Source: Oscillospiraceae bacterium
GTDB lineage: Bacteria > Bacillota > Clostridia > Oscillospirales > CAG-272
DNA length: 54,270 bases
Assembly: GCA_015065335.1 (NCBI GenBank)
Contig: SVQM01000002.1
Coordinates: forward strand, 1-54,270
Direction: 5' to 3'
In this document: piece by piece, positions 8,794 through 18,456 of the stretch
How the letters are laid out: every line of letters begins with the position of its first letter
How positions within the stretch are numbered: the stretch's first letter is position 1
Position numbers and translations under genes: made by a program
Notes under the pieces: model-generated
Told to the model about the DNA's origin: nothing
What the model saw: the letters and a program-made list of their open reading frames with translations, nothing else
The model's database searches: none

Positions 8794-10542
8794 TCAGTTC
8801 CACCACAGAGCGTAGGTGTGGAGATCCTGAGTGTGTGAGAAGTCGATGCGGTTGAACTCTCTGTTCTCAAATACGTCAAGCTCACGCATGATAGTGTACT
8901 GTTCGCGGTTGTTCTCAACAACGAGACGCTGGATCATCTCATCCATCTCGGGAGATGCACCGTCACGTGCACTCTTCAGTACGAAGTTGTAGTAGTTGTG
9001 GAGAGAGATCCTTGTGCGACGAACGTTGGTGTATGCAAACTTGTTGCCTGCACCCCAAGTATCAGCCTCTGCCTTATCGAAGAGCTCAGATGCCTTGTCG
9101 TAGAATGCGAAGCATCCTGCAAGCTTATCCTTGTAGCCCTTCATGGAGATCTTGTCTGCACTGCTGTCAAAGTAGATGGTCATGTGAGCATCCTGAGAAT
9201 TGTCATGCATCAGGTTGATGAACTCAAGGATGTACTTGCCTGCCTCACCGTAGTAGTTCTCGCAGAACTCCTGCATATGGAGACGGTACTCGGACTCACC
9301 CATGTAAGGATTCCACTGAAGCTTTGCAAGGAGGTATGCACGAAGCTCACCAAGCTCACCGTTACCCTTCTGCTGAGTGATGTTACCCTGAGAGAACATA
9401 CCTACAACGCCGTTCTCGGCAAAATATCTCATGTTGGGACGGAGTGCCTCAAAGTTGGGGAACAGAGTGGACATGTTTGCGAAGTTGGTGGTGTAGTCCC
9501 AGATGTAGAGGCGGTTGGAGATAGCATTCCACTGCTTCAGATTCTCGGGGAAGGAATCGAACTCCTCGTCGTGACCGTAGCACATATCCTCAAGAGGATG
9601 ACGGAAGCAGCACTCGATGTTGCAGAGACGCACGATCATATCCTTATGAGGCTTTGTCACTGCCGGGGGCTTTCTGGTGTAACGGTATGCAAGAGTATCA
9701 ACGGTGCAGTCCGGGAACTCATCCTTGATATCCTCTTGGATGCGGTTTACGAAGCGGAGGAGAGTACCCATATGGCTCTTTTCTTCCTCGTAGACCTTGC
9801 GGCACTTCTCGCAGGAGCACTCGCCGTTGAGACCGTCTACCTGAGATACGGAGATGATCTTCTGATCGGGATGAGCGCGGAGGTCAGCCTTAACGTTCTT
9901 AAGAGTGGTCTGGTAAATATCCTCGTCGCAGAGACAAGGCATATCCCAGTGATTGAAGGTCTCAGCGAGAACGGGGATAGTATGGCAGAAGGAGCCGTTG
10001 TAATGGATGGCACCGCCGACCTTGTCGGTGATCTCGTGACCCATGCCGCCGTTGTTCTTCAGCTTTGCACAGATCATCTCATCGTCCATGGTACCCCAGT
10101 AAACATTACGGTACTCGAATACGGGGACCTGAGTGTCATCAATGTTGGAATCTATGTAGAGAGCACGCTCAACTGTGGGGATCTTCTCACAGTCAACGGT
10201 GAAGAAACGGCAACCGCAGTAAGTCTCAAGGAAGGTGTAAACTGCGTACAGAGCACCTCTTACCTCAGAGCCGAGAAGCAGGAGCCTCTCCTTGTCGGTC
10301 TTGATGGTAAATCCGTCTGTACCGAGCTTCTTTTGTGCCTTGCAGCCGGGACGGTCCGCAAAGCCTACAACGATCTCGTGATCTGCCTTGGGAGTGTCAT
10401 CTGTTACGATGGGGAACTCAGCACCTGTGATCATATTCAGATACTTTGCAAGCTCTTCGACAGCAGTCTGCTCGGACAGGCTGTGATCCTTACGGTATAC
10501 TATCACATATTTTGTTTGTTTGTCATCAGCTAAGTAAAGCAT
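8794..10542 (-). CDS. DUF4838-like putative glycoside hydrolase (cytoplasmic paralogue A)
   Basis: The ORF track gives 8794-10569. I prefer the ATG at 10542 (MLYLADDKQTKYVIVY) because GGAGG lies 8 nt upstream and the paralogue at 16056-17801 starts at the same point. GALYAVYTFLETYCGCRFF and CSCEKC motifs. Family call is from memory, with no search run. Confidence 0.6.
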   Translation of the reverse strand: MLYLADDKQTKYVIVYRKDHSLSEQTAVEELAKYLNMITGAEFPIVTDDTPKADHEIVVGFADRPGCKAQKKLGTDGFTIKTDKERLLLLGSEVRGALYAVYTFLETYCGCRFFTVDCEKIPTVERALYIDSNIDDTQVPVFEYRNVYWGTMDDEMICAKLKNNGGMGHEITDKVGGAIHYNGSFCHTIPVLAETFNHWDMPCLCDEDIYQTTLKNVKADLRAHPDQKIISVSQVDGLNGECSCEKCRKVYEEEKSHMGTLLRFVNRIQEDIKDEFPDCTVDTLAYRYTRKPPAVTKPHKDMIVRLCNIECCFRHPLEDMCYGHDEEFDSFPENLKQWNAISNRLYIWDYTTNFANMSTLFPNFEALRPNMRYFAENGVVGMFSQGNITQQKGNGELGELRAYLLAKLQWNPYMGESEYRLHMQEFCENYYGEAGKYILEFINLMHDNSQDAHMTIYFDSSADKISMKGYKDKLAGCFAFYDKASELFDKAEADTWGAGNKFAYTNVRRTRISLHNYYNFVLKSARDGASPEMDEMIQRLVVENNREQYTIMRELDVFENREFNRIDFSHTQDLHTYALWWN

Positions 10543-10735
10543 TTGGAATTCCTCCGTGAATTGCTGCAATGCAGCATAGTTATATTTAGTTTACAATACC
10601 TGTGCGGAATTGTCAATGAGTTTTGTGAAATTTACCATTGCCATTCTGAGATTCAAATTTGTTATAACAGCCGAAAGTGCCACTGCACTGAGGTGTCACG
10701 GTCGTGGGATGTGCGTTATGTTAAGACCAAACTTA

Positions 10736-10800
10736 GCCGAAATCCGCCTGTCGGGGCTACCCGACGCCGAAATCCGCCTGTCGGGGCTACCCGACGCCGA
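10736..10800. repeat. Tandem 30-bp hairpin repeat (2.2 copies)
   Basis: Unit gccgaaatccgcctgtcggggctacccgac occupies 10736-10765 and 10766-10795, followed by a partial copy. Each unit carries the hairpin gtcggg-gcta-cccgac. Confidence 0.85.
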
Positions 10801-10813
10801 TATCAGCCATAAC

Positions 10814-13273
10814 TCACAGCTCAGCTATAAATCCCTCAAGCTCAGAATTCTTGTCACAGAGATGGACGGATACACCGAAGTCTTTGTTATCCTTGTCGAC
10901 GCCGAGAACACGGACTGTAATATCCTTGTCTGCCATTTCGGGGGTAACGTCGAAATAGAAGGTGTGATTCTTTGTCATTTCATGAGCAAAATGTACCCAA
11001 CACTCCCAGATGTTTGACTGGAATGAAGGTGCTCTCTCGGGACAGCCGATAAACTTTCCGTCGCACTCAAGTACGACATATGCACCCTCGGAGCCATGCT
11101 CACCCTCAAGTCCCACAGCAAGGTAGCATCCGTCACGGAAATCGTCACGAGATACCTTTACGGACAGCTCTTTTGCAAAATGAACGTCCTTTTTGTAGGG
11201 AAGGAGATTGTTCGCACGGGGAGAATCAAGTGATATTTCCTGTCCGTTCTTTATGAGAGCGATCTTGAAGATGCGGTCAAGAGGATTCGGCATACGGAAA
11301 TAGCGGATGCCACCCTTTACGGGGTAGTATACGGCACGGCGGCGTCCGTCGACCTGTATGATGTTATGTACGTCATGAACGAGTACATCCTGAGTTGTAT
11401 TTCTGAGATTCTTCACCTCGTCGAGGTAAGAATCATTCCAGCCTGCAAGATCGAGGGAGTAGTCACACTTTGCGGGGATCTGTTGAGGATCGAGGCGGAA
11501 GGGAGGGATCCCCCATGTGATCCATGCGGGGACTTTATAGGGACGGATGAGAGTTTCGTCAAGATCGAAGAATTCGATCATAACATAGTCCGCATCATAT
11601 TCAGCGCCGAAATCAACACGGAGGCATCCGCCGTCAAGACGCATCTGACCGCCGAAGAAGGTCTTTGAGAGCCCGTCAAAGAAGGTGTCGTCATTTCCGT
11701 CAAAGGCAAATCTTGCTTCACATCCGCGGAGCTTGTAGGTATCCTGTGAGAAGAAAGCATCACGTGCAGCATTGACCTCGGGGATATCGCTCTTGCCGGA
11801 ACGCTTTACGGACTGAGCTTCAAGAGAATCGTGATCCTGAGCAAAGAATGTGACTTCAAGCTGATGCTCCACGTCTGCGGGGACATCTGCGAAGGAGTCC
11901 TTCTTTATCTCACCCAGAAGGATGGGGGCACGGAGAGTGTTGTCAAATTCGGGAATATCCATATCGAGAGCAGTACCGTCGGTGAATTCCACCTTGCCGT
12001 CAGCGGATACGATCTTTATAAGATCGGGATGACCGTTCTCGTCTTCATGGATGACCTCGTATTCACACCCCTTCAGCATTACATCGGCAATACGTGAGTC
12101 ACATACCTCAATGAGCGCCGCACGGAAAGGCTCTACGGGCACTTCAATGATATCGCCGTAGTCGAACTCACCTACGTATTTCTCAAAGGGATGGTGAAGG
12201 ATGACCGTTACCTTCTCACAAGGAGCAAGACCGATCTCCATGTCAAGGTGCATATGTACCGCACCCTCATTCCATGAGGTGTTACCTGCGGTGATGAAGC
12301 GTCTTTCGTGAGATCCTCGTACAACGGTGCCTGCGGGGTAGTAATCACCCTTGGGCATGAGCATACCGTTTACAAGAATGTCACGGTATCTGCGATGGAG
12401 ATTGTAGATGCGTGCAAGATGAGCATGCTCGTCGTCACGCATGAACCAAGGATTACCGTATATCTCGGGAGCGAGGATCAGGCAACGGCCGAACGCCTGA
12501 ACGATAAGCTCGTCCTCAAAATAATCGATGTAGGAGGAGATGCACACGCCGTGATCCTCTGCAAGTCTGCGAAGATCGGGAGTATTTCCGCGGGAAGCGA
12601 AATATCCTCGGTGGTGAGGTGCGGTCATATTGTTTCCGATGTGCACATCGGTGTATGTCTCATCTGCTCCCTGCACATATTCGCCGCCCCAAAGGAAGGT
12701 GGTGGAATACTTCATTCCTTCCTCACCGAAATACTGACGGTGGTTGAGAGTGATGAGGTCGGGGCAGTATTCACGGCACTTCTTCATGGTCTCAACGAAC
12801 ACCTCACGGTCCTTCTCGTAAAGGGGACCGCAAACCCCGTCAAACTTGAACTGTGCGAAGTTGTAGTCACGGCAAAGTGACACTACCTGCTCCTGACGAG
12901 CAGCAGCCTCTTCGGGAGTATTGCCGTATCCGCCGGGACCCATCCATACGCCCATGCGGCAGCCGAATTTTGCGGCAGCATCTGCGATGGTGCGGTATCC
13001 GTTCGGATACTGAGCCTTTATTTTGGGAGAATCCATAAATTGGAATGTCTCAAGAGAACCATCGAGGTTTCCCGCATCCCAAGCGTATATCTCAAGTTGC
13101 ATACCGTACTTTTTGTACATATATTCAAAATACGCAAGATTCGCAAGAGTCTGTGCCTCTGTAGAACCCTCATTGGTGCTGTTTATCCATGAGAAATACT
13201 GGGCTCTTGATGGGGTACGCTCATCTGCGCCTGCGGTGAGCTTGTTTTTTTCACTGAATTTCATTTTGTCCAT
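10814..13273 (-). CDS. Putative glycoside-hydrolase-like protein with discoidin (F5/8 type C)-like module
   Basis: 819-aa ORF. The FAFDGNDDTFFDG motif is typical of discoidin/CBM32-type domains. The N-terminal half resembles a TIM-barrel hydrolase but the family is not identified. An alternative start at 13264 has better SD spacing. Confidence 0.45.
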   Translation of the reverse strand: MDKMKFSEKNKLTAGADERTPSRAQYFSWINSTNEGSTEAQTLANLAYFEYMYKKYGMQLEIYAWDAGNLDGSLETFQFMDSPKIKAQYPNGYRTIADAAAKFGCRMGVWMGPGGYGNTPEEAAARQEQVVSLCRDYNFAQFKFDGVCGPLYEKDREVFVETMKKCREYCPDLITLNHRQYFGEEGMKYSTTFLWGGEYVQGADETYTDVHIGNNMTAPHHRGYFASRGNTPDLRRLAEDHGVCISSYIDYFEDELIVQAFGRCLILAPEIYGNPWFMRDDEHAHLARIYNLHRRYRDILVNGMLMPKGDYYPAGTVVRGSHERRFITAGNTSWNEGAVHMHLDMEIGLAPCEKVTVILHHPFEKYVGEFDYGDIIEVPVEPFRAALIEVCDSRIADVMLKGCEYEVIHEDENGHPDLIKIVSADGKVEFTDGTALDMDIPEFDNTLRAPILLGEIKKDSFADVPADVEHQLEVTFFAQDHDSLEAQSVKRSGKSDIPEVNAARDAFFSQDTYKLRGCEARFAFDGNDDTFFDGLSKTFFGGQMRLDGGCLRVDFGAEYDADYVMIEFFDLDETLIRPYKVPAWITWGIPPFRLDPQQIPAKCDYSLDLAGWNDSYLDEVKNLRNTTQDVLVHDVHNIIQVDGRRRAVYYPVKGGIRYFRMPNPLDRIFKIALIKNGQEISLDSPRANNLLPYKKDVHFAKELSVKVSRDDFRDGCYLAVGLEGEHGSEGAYVVLECDGKFIGCPERAPSFQSNIWECWVHFAHEMTKNHTFYFDVTPEMADKDITVRVLGVDKDNKDFGVSVHLCDKNSELEGFIAEL

Positions 13274-13354
13274 CCTTTCGGAGAATGTTTTTGTTTAATT
13301 GTACCATACATTGAAAAGAATGTCTATAATTACTCAATTATTTTTGAATACTTA

Positions 13355-13383
13355 TTGCAATATAAATGAATAAGTGTTAAAAT
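13355..13383 (+). promoter_or_regulatory. Candidate sigma-A promoter for the 13416 gene
   Basis: TTGCAA, 17-nt spacer, TAAAAT. It ends 33 nt upstream of the start codon. Confidence 0.4.
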
Positions 13384-13415
13384 GAGACAATGAGATCCGA
13401 AAGGAGTTATGACTT

Positions 13416-15614
13416 ATGAGAAAAATCCTATCACTGATAGTGGCGGCGGTAATGATCCTCGGAGCATTTGCGGCCTGCAGTACTCAGGACGAAAAGAGAT
13501 CCACAACATCATCCGGTGCAAAGAAATATCTTGCGGAGCGTCTCGGTGATGCGGCAGACGGTATCGTTCTCGGCACTGAAGCAGAGGCAGAAGTGTACGG
13601 CATCGATATGTCTGATTTCCGTGCCGAGGGTTATGTTATAAAAAACGTAGGCGGTGATACAGTTATCTTCGGTAAGACTGAGGACGGACTTGACCGTGGT
13701 GTACGTTACTATGTAAATCATCTTGCGGATGCGGAAAACGTAAATCATACCTCGGGTGAGGGCTATCGTGTAAAAAGTATAGAGATAGCGGGCCGAGATA
13801 TCTCCGAGTATTCAATATATCTCTTTGAGGGTGCGGACGAGTGTCACACCTTTGCCGCAAATGAGCTTCAGAAGTACATCGAGCTTGCTTGCGGTGTGCA
13901 TCTTGATATAGTGCGTACTCCTGTAGAGCATATGATCGCATACGAGCAGGTAATGCCCGAGGACGAGAGATTTGAAGTTCTCGGAGACGATGGTTTTACC
14001 ATTTCCGTAAAGGACAATGGTGATCTTTATATTTCCGGCGGACGCTGGAGAGGATGTATGTATGGTACATACGAATTTCTTGAAAAGTACATCGGATGGC
14101 GATTCATAGTGAATTATCAGGCGATGAAGGACACTATCACCGACGATGATTACTACCTCTACGAGGCAGAGCTCATTGAGCTTCCCGCAGGGCTTGAGGA
14201 TACACAGGTGCCCTCATTTGCATACCGTCAGGGAAGATACCAGGGATATGCTTACAGTAACATTGCAATAAAGCAGAAGGAGAACGATGTTATCCGAGGT
14301 TCTGCTGCTTACAATGGTTATGGTTATGGACGGGGTGCAAACCACGGACTTCTCGGTGGCCCCATCAAGCATGGGTACATTGATCTCAGCATGGTAGATC
14401 AGTTAGTTATCAGTGGAGTCAAACAGCCCTGCTTTACGGATGATGTCATTATTGATACAGCAGAGCAATATTATATCGATCAGATCGAGGCGAAGCTTGA
14501 CAAGGGGCAGCAGATCGGCCGAGAGATCGTTGAGGTGGACATTGCACAGAACGATACTCCCGCCTTCTGCACCTGCGATACTTGTATGGAGTATGTGATG
14601 CTTGACGGTTCCGATACGGGCCCCATGCTCTACTTTGCCAATACTCTTGCAGAGAGACTTGGTGAGAGATATCCCGGTATTTATGTGAACATACTCGTTT
14701 ATATGGGTACCACTAAGCCTCCAAAGGTGACAAAGCCTCTTGAGAATGTAAGCTGTTCCTACTGCTTCTACTGTGATACAAATAAAAATTATTGCTCAAA
14801 TCACAGCCTTAACGGTGATGACTGTACTGTTTCCGAGTCTGCGGGACTTCCCATTAACAACGCACTTTACGCAGCGGAATTTGAAGCCTGGTGCGAGATC
14901 GCAAACCGAATGACTGTGTGGATATACCCCGGCAACTGGTACTATAACCAGATCCCCACTACCGGACTTGACACTCTCCTTGATGATTTCAGATACTTCA
15001 AAGAATATAAAATTCACGGAGTATATCCCTGTATGATCTCTCCCTCCTCTTGGGATACACAGGACTACCTCATTACGTATCTTCTCTCCGAGCTTGCGTG
15101 GAATGCGGATATGACCGACGAGGAATATGCGGCACTCATCGAGGAGTATATGACCATCTTCTTCGGAGAGGGTACGCCATATCTTCTGGAATATCTCGAC
15201 TGGCTTGAGACTACGGAGAAGGATACCTGCTTTACTACACAGGGACACAGCTATCCTCAGGAGAGACAGGACTTCATCAAGGTGAAGAATGACTATGGTT
15301 ACTGTATCGAACTGTTTGAGAATGCTAAGGCTCTCGCAGGCTCTGCGCTGCAGGAAAAGGGAATCGAGCTGTTCGAGCTCCCCATGCGCTTTGCAGGACT
15401 TGTGGCAAGCTATGAGGACCATTATGTGAACGGTAATGCCGAAGAAAAGGCACTCTATATCGAGAGATATGAGGAGTTCAAGGCTCTTGCCATTCCGAAC
15501 AATTTCGCACTTCACGGACGTGTGCTTGCCGAGGAGGAGTATGACGTATCACTTCACCCCGGAACGGGACACCACCCCGCCAACGGTACCAAGGAAGAAT
15601 GGTGGACGAAGTAA
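13416..15614 (+). CDS. DUF4838-like putative glycoside hydrolase, lipoprotein paralogue
   Basis: 732 aa with an AAAGGAG RBS. Signal peptide with lipobox AFAAC. GCMYGTYEFLEKYIGWRF and CTCDTC motifs parallel those of the two cytoplasmic paralogues. Confidence 0.6.
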   Translation: MRKILSLIVAAVMILGAFAACSTQDEKRSTTSSGAKKYLAERLGDAADGIVLGTEAEAEVYGIDMSDFRAEGYVIKNVGGDTVIFGKTEDGLDRGVRYYVNHLADAENVNHTSGEGYRVKSIEIAGRDISEYSIYLFEGADECHTFAANELQKYIELACGVHLDIVRTPVEHMIAYEQVMPEDERFEVLGDDGFTISVKDNGDLYISGGRWRGCMYGTYEFLEKYIGWRFIVNYQAMKDTITDDDYYLYEAELIELPAGLEDTQVPSFAYRQGRYQGYAYSNIAIKQKENDVIRGSAAYNGYGYGRGANHGLLGGPIKHGYIDLSMVDQLVISGVKQPCFTDDVIIDTAEQYYIDQIEAKLDKGQQIGREIVEVDIAQNDTPAFCTCDTCMEYVMLDGSDTGPMLYFANTLAERLGERYPGIYVNILVYMGTTKPPKVTKPLENVSCSYCFYCDTNKNYCSNHSLNGDDCTVSESAGLPINNALYAAEFEAWCEIANRMTVWIYPGNWYYNQIPTTGLDTLLDDFRYFKEYKIHGVYPCMISPSSWDTQDYLITYLLSELAWNADMTDEEYAALIEEYMTIFFGEGTPYLLEYLDWLETTEKDTCFTTQGHSYPQERQDFIKVKNDYGYCIELFENAKALAGSALQEKGIELFELPMRFAGLVASYEDHYVNGNAEEKALYIERYEEFKALAIPNNFALHGRVLAEEEYDVSLHPGTGHHPANGTKEEWWTK

Positions 15615-15630
15615 GGAAGTAAGAAAGAGA

Positions 15631-15672
15631 CAACTCCCACAGACCAAAAAGGTTTGTGGGAGTTGTTTGTTT
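15631..15672 (+). terminator. Rho-independent terminator
   Basis: caactcccacagacc / ggtttgtgggagttg stem with a 5-nt A loop, then tttgttt. Confidence 0.7.
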
Positions 15673-15675
15673 AAG

Positions 15676-16056
15676 ATCAGTAATTTGTTACAGGCGAAAG
15701 AGCCATTGCTCTGAGCCGCCACGTTCGACGGTGCAGATCATCTTTGGTATTACTCCACCGAAACCTGCCTGTCCGTGCTACGGACTGCCGAAGTTTGCCC
15801 GTCGGGGCTACCGATATGTGTGTATGGATTTCAGTATTACAGGCGAAAGAGCCATTGCTCTGAGCCGTCACGTTCGACGGTGCAGATCATCTTTGGTATT
15901 ACTCCACCGAAGTATGCCCGTCGGGGCGTCCCGACCAGATGTGTATGGATTTCAGTATTACAGGCGAAAGAGCCATTGCTCTGAGCCGTCATGTTCGACA
16001 GTGCAGATCATCTTTGGTATTACTCCACCGAAGCATGCCTGTCGGGGCGTCCCGAC
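15676..16056. repeat. Three tandem copies of a composite structured intergenic repeat
   Basis: Copies start near 15676, 15831 and 15952. Conserved ~75-nt core: ttacaggcgaaagagccattgctctgagccgYcaYgttcgacRgtgcagatcatctttggtattactccaccgaa. Each core is followed by variable GC hairpins (gtccg-tgcta-cggac, gtcggg-gcgt-cccgac). Confidence 0.85.
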
Positions 16057-17801
16057 TACCACTGTAGTGGGTATGTTGAGAAATCGGGTACCTCGGAGAA
16101 ATCGATCCTGTGGAATTCTCTGTTTTCCTTTACGTCATATTCACGCATGAGAATGAAGTGTTCACGGTTGTTTTCCACGATAGCACGCTCGATCATCAGC
16201 TTGTCTTCTTCATTTTCAAAACGTTCCTTTGCGGATTTGAGTACGAAATTGTAATAGTTGTGGAGAGAGATCCTTGTACGACGAACATTGGTGTATGCAA
16301 ATTTGTTTCCTGTACCCCATGTCTCCGCTTCAGCTCTGTCAAAGAGCTCCGATGCTTTATCATAGAATGCAAAGCATCCTGCAAGATGATCCTTGTACCC
16401 CTTCATGGAGATGAGGTTTGCGGAGTTGTCGAAATACATATTCATGTGACTGTCCTCGGAGCAGTCGTGGATCATGTCAACGTACTTCAGGATGTACTTG
16501 CCACCCTCTCCGTAATATGCTTCACAGAATTCCTGCATATGGAGGCGGTACTCCGCTTCACCCATGTAAGGATTCCACTGGAGCTTTGCAAGAAGATATG
16601 CACGAAGCTCGCCGAGCTCACCGTTGAGATCACTGGAATTACCCTGAGAGAATACACCGACAACATTGTTGTCCGCATAGAGCCTCATGTTCGCACGAAG
16701 TGCCATGAGATTCGGAAAAATAGTGGACATATTGGTGAAATTGGTAGTGTAGTCCCAGATGTACAGCCTTTTGCATATCTTGCTCCATTTGCGGAGATTT
16801 TCGGGGAATGATCCGAATGCGGGATCTACCTCATGACATACATTTTCTATGGGGTGTCTAAAGCAGCTTTCCACATTACAAAGTCTTACGATCATGCCAT
16901 CATGAGGCTTTGTCTTCTCCGGCGGCTTTCTCGTATACTGATAAGCAAGAGTGTCAAGCACTACGTCGGGAAATTCATCCTTGATATCTTCCTTGATACG
17001 GTTGATGAAACGGATGAGAGTGCCGATGTGACTGTCTTCTTCCTCAAATACCGCACGGCACTTTTCGCAGGAGCATTCACCGTTGTTACCGTCCACCTGT
17101 GAGATGGAGATGATCTTCTTGTCAGGCTCCGCACGGAGCTTCTCACGGACATTCTTGAGGGTAGTCTGATAAATATCCTCATCCATAAGACAAGGCATAT
17201 CCCAGATGTTACCCGTCTCCGCAAGCTCCGGGATGGTGTGACAGAATCCACCGTTGTAGTGTATGGCACCGCCGATCTTATCAGTGATGGGGTGGCCCAT
17301 ACCACCGTTGTTTTTTAGCTTTGCACAGATCATCTCATCGTTCATGAGAGAGTACCAGTACACATTTCGGTATTCAAATACCGGTATCTCTGTGAGATCG
17401 ATGGATGAATCAATATAAAGAGTATTTTCAACTGTGGGAACTCTCTCACAATCCTTTGTGAAAAAGCGACATCCGCAGTATTTCTCAAGGAAGGTGTACA
17501 CTCCGTAAAGTGCACCTCGAACGGCAGAACCGAGGATCAGAATGCGTTTTTCAGACACCCTTATTGTGTAACCGTCATCGCCAAGCTCCTTGTTTTCCTT
17601 GCATCCGATACGGTCACAAAAACCTACAACGATCTCATGCTCTGCAGCTTCGGTATCATCTGTTACGACGGGAAATTCTGCTCCCGTGATCATACCGAGA
17701 TATTTTGCAAGCTCAAGAGCGGCGGTCTCTTCCGACTCGCTGTGATCTTGTTTGTATACAATAACGTATTTTGTGTCTTTTTTATTCGATAAATAAAGCA
17801 C
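16056..17801 (-). CDS. DUF4838-like putative glycoside hydrolase (cytoplasmic paralogue B)
   Basis: 581 aa with a GTG start and GGAGG 8 nt upstream. Collinear and highly similar to the 8794-10542 product (same MLYL..K.TKYVIVY start, same CSCEKC motif, same C-terminal block). Confidence 0.6.
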   Translation of the reverse strand: MLYLSNKKDTKYVIVYKQDHSESEETAALELAKYLGMITGAEFPVVTDDTEAAEHEIVVGFCDRIGCKENKELGDDGYTIRVSEKRILILGSAVRGALYGVYTFLEKYCGCRFFTKDCERVPTVENTLYIDSSIDLTEIPVFEYRNVYWYSLMNDEMICAKLKNNGGMGHPITDKIGGAIHYNGGFCHTIPELAETGNIWDMPCLMDEDIYQTTLKNVREKLRAEPDKKIISISQVDGNNGECSCEKCRAVFEEEDSHIGTLIRFINRIKEDIKDEFPDVVLDTLAYQYTRKPPEKTKPHDGMIVRLCNVESCFRHPIENVCHEVDPAFGSFPENLRKWSKICKRLYIWDYTTNFTNMSTIFPNLMALRANMRLYADNNVVGVFSQGNSSDLNGELGELRAYLLAKLQWNPYMGEAEYRLHMQEFCEAYYGEGGKYILKYVDMIHDCSEDSHMNMYFDNSANLISMKGYKDHLAGCFAFYDKASELFDRAEAETWGTGNKFAYTNVRRTRISLHNYYNFVLKSAKERFENEEDKLMIERAIVENNREHFILMREYDVKENREFHRIDFSEVPDFSTYPLQW

Positions 17802-18174
17802 TACGGGTACCTCCGCGGATCATAAGTGTTACGGTAAGTTTATAGTATGAAAACGAAAATGTCAATAACTTTTTCAAATTTCATCATGATTATTCGGAGA
17901 CGATTTCGATAAAGATCAAAATTATCCAATTAAATTCAAACCAAGCGGTGAAACGTATACATCGAGTGAATATTTATCAAATAAAATGTATATATATTCA
18001 AAAGAATAATACCGGAAATAAGCAGGTAATAAAAAGGCATATCAGAAAACTACATAATAAGATGTTGAACAATAAGGTGTTTTCTAAAATCCGATCAAAA
18101 ACAGTTTTGTGAAAAAAGCTATAAAATACAGTTTTTTTATTCAAAAAATTTATTACAAAATTGTTTCAAACACA

Positions 18175-18203
18175 TTGACATAAATGTCGCATAATGGTAT
18201 AAT
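18175..18203 (+). promoter_or_regulatory. Near-consensus sigma-A promoter heading the 32-kb locus
   Basis: TTGACA (18175-18180), 17-nt spacer, TATAAT (18198-18203) preceded by TGg (extended -10). It would give a ~250-nt leader. Confidence 0.55.
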
Positions 18204-18376
18204 ATGATGAATAATGAAATAATGTGGATAAGTGTATCTGCGCCCATATTACGGCTATAACGGTAAAAATGACCGTAATGTGCATTTTATCCCATAAAAT
18301 GTGTCGTTCGTCATAAATTTCGACAAAAGCGGAGCTTATGTGGTATGATATAGGCACCGATGAAACAAGTTTAATT

Positions 18377-18440
18377 TCTCTTTTCCGCCAAGAAGCATCA
18401 GCTTGTCGGGAGAGAGATTAAAAAATAATTTATTTTTTAC
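18377..18440 (+). promoter_or_regulatory. Terminator-like hairpin in the 5' leader (possible attenuator)
   Basis: 11-bp stem (tctcttttccg / cgggagagaga, two G-U pairs) with a 19-nt loop, followed by an A/T tract ending in tttttt. It lies ~20 nt upstream of the AAGGAG RBS of the 18457 gene. Confidence 0.35.
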
Positions 18441-18456
18441 TTCAAGGAGAAAAGCT

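Noticed and set aside
8998-10533. 511-aa plus-strand ORF, and similar ones at 16110-16811 and 14796-15515
   Set aside because: They are antisense shadows of the DUF4838-like genes. The sense frames carry the conserved motifs, good RBSs and paralogue support.
10543-11017. Plus-strand ORFs 10543-10812 and 10610-11017
   Set aside because: They cross the intergenic hairpin repeats (giving the repeated PVGATRRR peptide) and overlap the 3' end of the minus-strand 819-aa gene. No supporting signals were found.
15656-16150. 164-aa ORF through the 15.7-16.05 kb repeats; also considered whether the array is a CRISPR
   Set aside because: The repeated peptide simply mirrors the DNA repeats. The units are ~75 nt with self-similar hairpin spacers, there are no cas genes, and there is no 28-37-nt repeat with unique spacers. 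So it is neither a CDS nor a CRISPR.
18403-18456. TTG-18403 start for the protease-FHA gene
   Set aside because: It begins inside the leader hairpin and adds 18 non-signal residues before an obvious MKK signal peptide that has its own AAGGAG RBS.
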